A DNA stretch of 64,000 nt from Pocillopora damicornis (lineage: Eukaryota): contig NW_020846655.1 of NCBI RefSeq assembly GCF_003704095.1, positions 496,001 to 560,000 on the forward strand, read 5' to 3'. The position numbers and the translations under genes were made by a program. Below the pieces are notes generated by a model. The model was given only the letters and a program-made list of their open reading frames with translations. It was not told the origin of the DNA and did no database searches. Positions 47,920 through 57,829 of the stretch are shown piece after piece. Numbering within the stretch: position 1 is the stretch's first letter; every line of letters starts with the position of its first letter.

Positions 47920-48974
47920 GTCAAAACGCACTTCCTGTCTTGAAAGATAAACCACTGGACCTGAACAATGAACAATTATTTCAGAGGATCGATCCAGTCT
48001 TATTTATCTCAGGTTTCACTGCTCACGTTTTGATGATTCAGTGACCGCTGAGTAAGTGAACCTTTACTTTGTTCGGCCTCATTTTAATTCACCTATTAAT
48101 GTATTCATCATTTCCGCCCGGCTTTGTCTGGAACAATGGCGAGTGTTAATTTACTCCCACTTATTTTATCGCAATTACTTGTCACCTTCACCGATGGATT
48201 TCTCTCAGCTAATGAGATGTTAATTTGGTATACAGCTGTTAGCAAAGACACAAGTGCAGCTAACATATGAAAAATGCTGATCGCTGACTAGCGCGCCAGT
48301 GTTCTACCAGAGAACAGATCCCATGTTACTCAATTACACTCACTTCAATCCTCTGAGTCTGAAATAACGATATAATCTCCTTAACGCTTAAATGATATAC
48401 TCATGGATATTTTAGCATGTCTAATTGCTTGGATGATTAGGCATTGCGTGCTTAACTTGTATCTGTCATGTGATCAGAGTTCATAGTCCAGTTTTGGAGC
48501 GCAGGCTTTCACGCTAGTAAGGAGACATTTAAAAGTAACTTGTTGGATATCTACCACCCTATAAGATACTTGCCACATCGTTCCGAGTCATTCGTCTACA
48601 GTCTCAATTGAAAACGCTAAAAAAGATAAAAAAGGACCGAGGCAATTAATAAAATTCAACACCGACTGATGCTTGAGCTTGGGGTAGCCATCTTACAAGT
48701 TTTTAGGGGACAAAGGTTGCCTGAAAGGAGCAAACTAAGATGGCCACGTTCTATCATGGCTCTAATTTGTACAGAACTATATGTTTTGATAACAAACAAA
48801 ACTTCCTGTTGTCACCTTTTGAATAGCTTTTATTTACAGACCAGTTTTTTTCGTCTTCGATCTATGCATCTGGGACTTAAGACAAAAAAGGGAAAAAACC
48901 CGGGTACGTCGCTTTGCTAAAATAGACTAAGAAGATGATTCTATTCTATTCTATTACGATTCTTTTCGTAAGTT

Positions 48975-49103
48975 CTCCCGACAATTCGCCTGTACCCATC
49001 CTGGGTGAGGAAAGACGCTATGAGTATATCTTATGTCTTATCCAAGAACTCGACCCCAGCGGAGATAGCGTGCTCGCTAAATGATTGCGCCACCGCGTGT
49101 CTC
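48975..49103 (-). mobile_element. Degenerate tRNA-derived SINE fragment
   Basis: aattcgcctgtacccat..cctgggtg...tgtcttatccaagaac...gcgtgctcgctaaatgattgcgccaccgcg, the same block order as the 9110 copy. Confidence 0.5.
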
Positions 49104-49352
49104 TGTTTGCTTAAAGAATTCAGGATATATTTCGGTCTTAAAACACAGAGTAAAAACTTCAAGGTAGAAGAATCCATGACTTTGAGGTTTAACATTTTCA
49201 ATTCTGGCAGGGAATCACTCTGGCTCCAGCTAAATAATAATTTGACTCACCAAGGTACAGGAAGTTTTGAAAGAACCTTGAGAATATCAAAATAACTTTT
49301 TTATATATCAATTGAGTTGATAATATACATTGGCCATTGTAAAGACATTCTG

Positions 49353-49470
49353 AAGCTGACGTTTCGAGCGTTAGCCCTTTATCATTTTCTCTGACGGAAA
49401 GCTAACGCTTAAACGTCAGCTTTAGAAACTCTTCACGCTGGATAATTTCCATAATCAACTCACGGAATTA
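49353..49470. repeat. Palindromic repeat built from two inverted degenerate hammerhead-like motifs
   Basis: aagctgacgtttcgagcgttagccctttatca / ctgacggaaagctaacgcttaaacgtcagctt followed by the tail tagaaactc...atcaactca; same family as 27729. Confidence 0.7.
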
Positions 49471-50233
49471 GTAAGAGCAAATCATCTTGAAAAACCTTCC
49501 ACCAACACAGTTCCACATTTTCTTTACAATTAAAAACATGACCCCTTTTGCTTTTGAATATCAGATCTTTAAAAACTGAATAGTAATAATTATGTTAGTA
49601 ATGAGCTGAACGCACATGTAGTTTTCCTCGTCGCCGTCATCGGTTCAAGTCTCAAGCTGTTCTCCTCAATTGGCTAATTATAAGACACCATTAAGTGCAG
49701 ACACATGTAGTAAACTTGAACTTTTATATGATGGAAAGTCTTCGTACGCGGGCCCTACGGAGCAACAATTTCATGCTGAACCTTTTATCTTCAGTTTCGG
49801 TGCAACATTGTGCGTTCGCACAGAGCACAATAAAAATCTCCTACGCTTTTCCCATTAAATTAGTTCTTTCCTAATGGCGAGCAGCCACGGATTGTTTCCT
49901 TCTTTAAATCCATGCCGTAACAGAAGATAGACGAGGTCATTAGCATTCACAAAGGTAAGTGACCTCCTTCAAAAAAGGCAGTAAATTGTTTTTACAATCG
50001 TTGAGCTCAACAGGCTGTGAGAGTTTTTAAATACTAAATATGAAGGTATGCGGTTCTCTGTTCAGCTTATCTTGATTTGAATTATTACACTGCTCAGGTT
50101 AAAATCGTCACCACAATAAGAATATTGGCAGATTTAGAGAGTTGTGTGTATGATAATATGACGCAATGTGGATTCTAATCAAACTGACTGTTTGTGAACA
50201 ATTCACCTTACCTTACATGAATGTCTCAGTGGG

Positions 50234-50585
50234 GTTAACCGTTAACCTAATCTCGTAACCAGATCCTACTAATTGAAACTGAAATTTACAACCGCTTGGC
50301 CGTGAAAGGTCCGGTTACGAGACTACTGTTGGCCGTAAACGGCTAAATTATCCGGCCGTTAGGTGTTAGAATAAAAAAGACTTTTAACCGCTAGTCGTAA
50401 AAGACAGTTAACCGTAAAAAAGAATTTCTGGTGCCAGAAATGGAAAAATATTAACCGTTAACCATAAATTGGCCAAAATTTTAACCGCTAGTGGTAACAA
50501 AAAATAACCGCAAAAAGTTTTCTGTGACCAAAAAGGAAAGATATCAACTGTGAGCCGTAAAAGCCATCACCCTATTGAGACCATC
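50234..50585. repeat. Array of ttaaccg(t)taa-like motifs with a nested 74-bp TA-flanked mini inverted-repeat element (50250-50323)
   Basis: About 8 aaccg-core units; nested TA-atctcgtaaccagat...ggtccggttacgagac-TA. Confidence 0.6.
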
Positions 50586-52123
50586 CTATGCTGACCCTGA
50601 ACGATTCCCATAGTTGCCGCGTTCTGCTGCTGGTCACCTGTAGATAGAACGTACTTGAAAATTCCGGAAGATTTACTGGAGAAAACCAAACTAGTTCTGG
50701 TTTCCTTGCCTTATTGCCAACTCACGTAATTGGGAAACCAGCTCAACCCACAGAATCTCTCCTCTTTCTCTAGATCTCTAGATGTTGGACGCATGAGTCA
50801 TGCATTTCGAGCAGAATGGAAAGGTATCAAATGTCCTTAAATGATTTTTTTAGAAGATACCTTAGATAAAGGCAAATATGACCTAGACAAGTTCAACACA
50901 CATTACTAACAGGTAGTGAAGTCCATACAGGAAGAAATGATCAGCGATGGAAAATCCAGAATTTTCGATTACTCACTTATGTGCAATCAAATTGTTTATT
51001 CAACACTAGGTTTGTCCAACGTGAGAACTATTTTCAACTTTTTGGATTACTTTTTCTTGATTTAGCTAAATAAATCTGGTTCTTTAAAACTAACAGAATG
51101 CGAGAGGGAATTGATGACTGAATTTAAGCAAGTCGCACTTTGTCCTCAAAGTCCCCCATGGGTCAGGAAATACAATGCGGAAACTAATAGGACATTTGTT
51201 TTTCTACTTATTTTTGGGTTAAACTGTAAGCTAAGCGTTACACCGCAAGACAACAAATCCAGGCAAGAAAGCCTCTCTTCGTTTATGGAAATAATTGCCT
51301 CTGTTCTGCCATAAAAGAGATTTGTAACGCCGTTTCACTGACATGATACTCAGCGTCATTAATAACTTTGGGGCGAAATTTTCCACCAAATGAATGCAGA
51401 ATCTGTCGCCATTTGAAGTAAATTTCGTGACTCTAACTTTTGATTTTCAAATTGGTCTACGAACTATATCATTACATGAATTCTATCGCAATCGTTTCAG
51501 GTCTTTCAACGGTTACAGCGTGCAAACCTGAAACGGTTTTGGTAGAAGAGGCAACTTTGGGAAAGCAGCTGTGAGGCAAGTGAAAATATGGAGAAGTAAG
51601 TAAGAAGCAGCTTGCTTTTGAATTGTTTATCCTAACATCGCTTTGATGTATTCTGCTTCGCAATCAAGTGAAAGTCTTTTCTTTCGACGAATTTAGTCAG
51701 GGGCATTGATCAGTTCTAAAAATCCATCCGAATTAAAAAATCGGCGACCGAATATCGGTGACTGTACAACTATAGTTTTCGACTCTTAAGTTTCGGGTCG
51801 TTGATCATGATCATGAATATCTTAGCAGTGTGGGAGGGATTATCGTAATTCTATTATATAGGGTGTGCCGGTAATTTTTCATATCGATTCAGAGAGGCTC
51901 CATGAAATACCTCGGTTGTTGACATCCTCGTACGGTGGAGCGCACGTAATTAAACTCGACCAAATGTTCACATCACCGATACGATAAATATAACTGGGAT
52001 CAAAAAGCAGAACAAAAACAAACGGTGTTAACTAAACAAGGATTCGCACGTCAGCTCATAAAGGCAAGCAGCTTGTTTTTTAATTTTTCTTGAAGAACAG
52101 TCGACAATTCAGAGTTTGAAACA

Positions 52124-52708
52124 ATGAGTGCTTCTACAGCAGTTAGAAGAAGATCAGTGACACTCGGTTCTTTGGAGCCATTTCTAAGAAAGCAAAAGAG
52201 AGATCGTCTGCGTACAACGAGCATCAATTCTATCGCCTCCGGAATTGCGAGCTCAGTGGAACGACAACGCTCCTCGACATGGCATGGCGCAGAAGTAGAA
52301 TCAAGCGGCCTGAGTTTGGGTAGTTCTTCAAAGCTTGCCCTCCCATCAAACACACCACATGACATCGCTGATTTGAAAGATTTCCAGGACGAACTGGAAT
52401 CGCAAGAAGTCATCAAGCACATTATAAAAGAAGAGTTGGACAACTCTCTGATGGATTGCGACTACGATAGCCAGCGATGCGTTTCTCAGTGTGCAAATAT
52501 TAGCCAAGCAGTTGAGTTGAGAGTCAAGGAAATTACTCCCCCGGAAACCAAAGTGGTGGCTGTGGTGTACATCGGTGAGATTCGGGATCAGGGTCTTGAA
52601 ATAACCAGCCAGTGCTTATGGGATCCTGAAACTGACAATTTTGTAACTGCAAGCTTCAAAAGTAAAACATTGTTTGCCGTCTGTACTGTGTTTACGGTTT
52701 ACTTCTAA
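52124..52708 (+). CDS. Tctex1-domain dynein light chain (TCTEX1D-like), paralog 6
   Basis: 194 aa. Motifs IKHIIKEEL...L....YD...C...C..IS..VE.RVKE, KVVAVVYIGEIRDQGLEITSQCLWDPETDNF and FAVCTVFTVYF. Confidence 0.9.
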   Translation: MSASTAVRRRSVTLGSLEPFLRKQKRDRLRTTSINSIASGIASSVERQRSSTWHGAEVESSGLSLGSSSKLALPSNTPHDIADLKDFQDELESQEVIKHIIKEELDNSLMDCDYDSQRCVSQCANISQAVELRVKEITPPETKVVAVVYIGEIRDQGLEITSQCLWDPETDNFVTASFKSKTLFAVCTVFTVYF

Positions 52709-53915
52709 AGTATGTAATACTGCGGCATGCCTTTATGGGATTGAGATTTTACAGAGTCCTGATGCAGTTTCAGAGCGAGGAGCTTACAAAAGAAAACTTG
52801 ATATTCAAGGTTCACAAGACGAGGCCGGTCATCAAAATAAACATCTATGAACAATCTTCCAAAACTTTGCATGTATATGTTGCATGCGACCGCCGGCCTT
52901 GAAATAAGAGAATGAACATAATTGTTTATAATTATTTCCGAAAATCATTATTTTCACTGATGTTAATCAGAACAATTACGCAGCATTTTGTTCTTTCAGA
53001 TTTCCTCACTCGTTCTTCTGACATTCGGGTATTTAGAGGCTTGTAACAGACTCGTAACTGCTTGTTACGTCGTCTTCTCCATGTTAATCAGCGAAAAAGT
53101 TACGGTTCATGTCAATATCTATTTTACAAATGACTGGTATAAACGGATTGCCGCCGGCATGACTGCATGGCTGTTAAGCGACTTTAACCCTCGATATCGT
53201 AATTCGCTTCGACAATCTTGACAAGGAAAAACTTAGACAATTCAGATGAAAATATTTGAATCACAAATTGTATTCATATTTCCAACACATGTTAAAAATA
53301 CTGAATAAAAATGAACAAAATTTAAGACAACCAAACGTTGTTGTGCAACCCACAAATCTAGTGTCCTTCACAACACAATAGCTACCTAATGTTTTGTCTT
53401 TGCATAAGCAAATCTTTAGGGTACTTTGTTTACCATAATGAATCATTTAAAGCTTCACTTGCCATGAAATGGCAAAAACTGACGGGAATCAAGAACGAAA
53501 AATGCTGAAGCTTATGAACTAAGTGTCCCTAGCGATGATTTTTCAATTACTATGAGTCAGACACCAATAAACAATAGTCTTAATGAGCTTCAGTCTAAAT
53601 TTAAAAAAGCTAATGCTGAAAAGCATTAGGATGAATCTACTAGCTTTCTATTCCAAATGTCACAATTTGATTGGCGACCCCCCTTGCTATCTATTCCGCG
53701 ATGGATATTGTGTAAAAAGACCACCCTAAAAGTGTGTAGTTGTAAACAAATTAAAACAAAAGCATGAGCCCGCCTCGTCATTAAGTTTTGAACGAGTAAT
53801 ATATTTAAACTCAAACAATAAGATTATTTGCTCCGCCAATTTCTATGCATAATGATTGCTTCAGGCTTCCCCCTAATTAACTATCACGCGATAGCAATAT
53901 CGAGCTCTTCATCTA

Positions 53916-54583
53916 GGTCCCGTCCACAAGTGTCCGCATACTTCAAAAACGGAATGTTTTTTCTTTCATTTCAGCCTCCACATGTAAATTACTCTCTGTC
54001 ACCAGAAACGGAGGTTTTCGAAAACGCCAGGTTTTCGTTTTTCTGCGAACGATCGAAAAGCGGATTTTTGAATACGGTAATGTCATCCCACAAGTCCAGT
54101 TCATCCCGGTCGGTGTTACTTTGGTATTTGGGCTTCTTTAAAGCCTAATGGAATACATACAGTTGCAGTTTAGTTTGATAAATATTCAAGCTGACATTAA
54201 AAGGAAGCGATTAAATATGCTGATGTCGCTTTCTGCGCAAGTGTCGAGGACAAGCGCGATAAAAATGATTCTTACAGAAGGCCAGCTACACCAAGGTGGT
54301 TTCTAGGTCAGACCAGAAACAACGTTGATTTCTACATGACTGGAATTATCAAAAAAGATCGAAAGATGTAACAAACACCGTAAAAGAAGAGGAGCTGACT
54401 ATTGCATGCAGGCTCATACATTACTAACACTGTGCATGCATCATCGTGTTTCATCGTTTTTGAGTTTCGTTTAGACGGGCGAAATCGATTTTGAATACGC
54501 TACGTGTCAATGAGTGCTTGTTTTGAAAACGGAGTGAAAATTCTCTCCTTTCAAATATATTTGGAAAAGTTTGAACGGAGCCC
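53916..54583. mobile_element. Degenerate PIF/Harbinger-like non-autonomous element
   Basis: Imperfect TIRs ggtcccgtccaca...ttcaaaaacgga and gaaaacggag...tttgaacggagcc, with internal repeated gaaaac/gttttc motifs. Confidence 0.45.
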
Positions 54584-56761
54584 TGGTTGTTAAATATTTT
54601 GCGAGAGCATCGTACAAATCAAAGGAATACATAGTTTGTTCTTGTTTTCTTTTTCGCCAAGTTGCAATTGAAGGTTAGTCTTGCGAAAAGACACCACTTT
54701 TGGAATTACCTCATTAGGCTTAATCAAAGATTCCTTGAAGTTCTAATCCTTTGCCAACCCCTTCCAATATTTCGAGACGTACCATTATAAATAACCATAT
54801 GATTATTGACCGAAAAAGCACTAAAAGTAAAACTACGCGTAATAGCAACCGACATAAAATGAACTTTCAAGAAAACCCCCTTTTTATTAGAAAGCCGGAT
54901 AAATGGACCGCCAAAAAGTAAAAATACAGAAATTGAAGAATTCGAATGATCACCCATATGATGTTGAAAATTCAGCCTGCGTCCACAAAAGTAACAAAAT
55001 ATAACTGAATAATATGATTCACGCGGTCAAACCAGGAGCGAAATAGCTCAAAAGTTATTAGCGTAACAAAAATAGAGGTCAAATCCAATGAAATTNNNNN
55101 NNNNNNNNNNNNNNNNNNNNNNNNNNNNNNNNNNNNNNNNNNNNNNNNNNNNNNNNNNNNNNNNNNNNNNNNNNNNNNNNNNNNNNNNNNNNNNNTTTCT
55201 GACTTAAAATGTAGCACATTGGAAATGCAGGTTAGCAACTTTTTGAATCCCATGGAAAATAAAGTTTTCTAGTTCTCTTTTTATGATTTTGTAAAAACCA
55301 GTTTAACGAAATATTTTTTACCGTTGTGAATAGGGTATTATTCTTTGATAGATCAAATGTGAAACTCGAAGGCCTTAATTTGGTGATCACGACTATTTTA
55401 CATCCTTCCTTGGAGGTCTGACCCCTGGCGTTCAATTCTTACCCTCATTCAAGAAAGCTTGCCAAAAATTTAACTCTTGAAATTTATCCCCTCTAAGAAA
55501 ATTTGACATACGATCAGTAAAATAAATGTTAGAAATCCTCAGCAACCGAACTTTCATTTTATATCTGAATTGAAATTAATTTTTTAATAATTTTTCAACA
55601 TTTTCTCCGCTTTGTTAGAAGCGGTGGCTACTTTCTATGTCTTCGAGGGTCTGTGCTTAATAATGAATGTTTTGAGTGCAATTCTTTGGTGAAGATCAAA
55701 CAATCAGACGGTTGTATTGCTCTGAAAACTTCAAAATAAGACGGCTCTCTTTGCTTAACAGCAGATGCATATTCATTGAAAAAGACAAGAAATTAGGTTC
55801 AATTGTAAAATAGGTCCTCAGCCATTATTGTTTTCTGACTCTTAAAAGTTACTAATTCCTAACACCCTGTGGTGCTATTAGCACATATCAAAATTCAAAA
55901 TAGATAATTGAACTTCGAATTAACACAATAACATATTTATTACGTGCGAGAGTGGATATCAAAAATTATCTCCCGTGCACACATATGTGTATATCTTACA
56001 TATGAGAAGCTGACTAGAAGCAGATTGAACCAGCTTTAAAAATTTAAATTCTCTATGCTTTCACGACTCATGCAAAAAAAGAAAAATAATTGACAGGCTG
56101 TCAACGAATTATTTAAATCGGTATTCTTTATGACGTTTTAGCTGTAGGTAGTAGACGCATATTTAACCATAATTTTCATATCTCCACTGGTGAAACATGG
56201 ACACGGAACTAGAATTTTCCGAGGTTGGAACTGAAAGGGAGAATGATGAAGAAATAGAACTGATAAAGAGGTTAACAAACATGGAAGAGGTTAGTAACAC
56301 TTAACATATCTGTTTTAAATGTTAAGTCTGCTTTTTTATAATACATAATACCAGCCCATCATCAGCTGTCCTTCAGGACGCTGATGTCCTTCACTAGTGG
56401 GGATGAAAGAAAATCTTCTAATTGTGGTGAGGACTGGAAGCGTATTATCAAAAGAACAAAAAATATGAGAAAATTGAAATTCATATTTGACTCACTAAAA
56501 GAAAGAAATGGTTTCAAAGGCGAAATTCCGAGACAGGAGATAGAAATATAAAGTAACAATGTCTACCAGCAAATTTATATGCATGGTCGTTGTCGCTAAC
56601 GACTCTGCAGCGTAGCTACAGGTGTACGATAGCAAATATTGCTACACGTGTACGATAATAAATATTGTAACTTAAGTTGGCGAATTGTTGCTTTCTTCTA
56701 TCCTTATCTTATTACAATATCAAATATGTTCGACCAATTCAAGCCGGAACCAGTTGACCCC

Positions 56762-56805
56762 ATCGCCTGAAGAAGACTTACAGTAAGCAGTCGAAACGTC
56801 GCGAT
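56762..56805 (+). ncRNA. Minimal type I hammerhead ribozyme motif (Penelope/retrozyme type)
   Basis: Stem I atcgc/gcgat, CUGAAGA core, stem II gact...agtc, GAAA, then C-GUC with vestigial palindromic helix III. Predicted cleavage after C56800. Confidence 0.7.
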
Positions 56806-57829
56806 CTACATCTAGTGACTTTGCCGTAAGGCAACAGAACAAATTAATATTATCAATTCAAGTTATGCTTACATAAATAAGGAAAGTAGTGGTCATTCTT
56901 GTACAATTCTAAGCTAGTATTGGAATTTAGGGGTGGGAAGTGGTGCACTACACGATAAGTAGGAAAATAAAGGCTCAAAATAGAATTTCTTCGAGCAAAA
57001 ACTGAAACGGTGTTACTCCAGTGAGCTTTCTGCTGCTCACATCACAGACGTTCAATATGTACTTCCTTTTCCTTAGATTGAGAAATATGATATCCTCTTT
57101 GCTGATTGAGTTCAGAGTTTCGTTAATTTTGGTCGGCCTTTAATTAAACCGCATGAGATTGACCGATACTATTGATTTACCTCCCCTTTAATGAAAGTCA
57201 AGTCATTTTCAAAGGCAAGAGCGTTAATAGACCGATAGATGCTTTTAATTATTTTCCGCCCTTAGAGTAAGAACTGACTTTCCTAACGATCACATTGAAC
57301 TATCCGAAAGCTTAGCATGCTAAACAAAGGTAATACTCATGATTTCCTGGGTTACGATGAACTAACACTGTGTCGATGTGTTTCAGCCTTCGCTCTGGGC
57401 TCTGGTTGAAAGTTAAATTAGGCGAAAAGCAGTTAGTTAGCGGGGCGCCACAGCAGCGAAAAAGGACCGCGGAGGTTTGGGAAGTCTCGCGGAAAATACT
57501 AAACAGAAAATACTAAGATCTTTCCCCCGGTGTTTTCGTTTCTGTCGCCTTCTTTTTCATTTGAGAAGGCCTTCCTGTTATTCCTGGAAAAATTGAAATC
57601 ATCGAATCACGCAGCAACTTGTTCAATTTTGCCCCTCTTTTTGAGTCAGAGCGATGTGTTTCCGCAAACAGTGGGGATGAATATTTAAGAAATAATAAAT
57701 ATAAGAACTATAAGGGTTCTGTATTTATTTAGGAAAGGAGTTTATCAAATTTCCGGAACGTATAGTTCAATCTTTAAGTCTTAACAGCAACTTTCCCGCG
57801 GCTGAATCTTAAAAATAGGTTATGTATGT

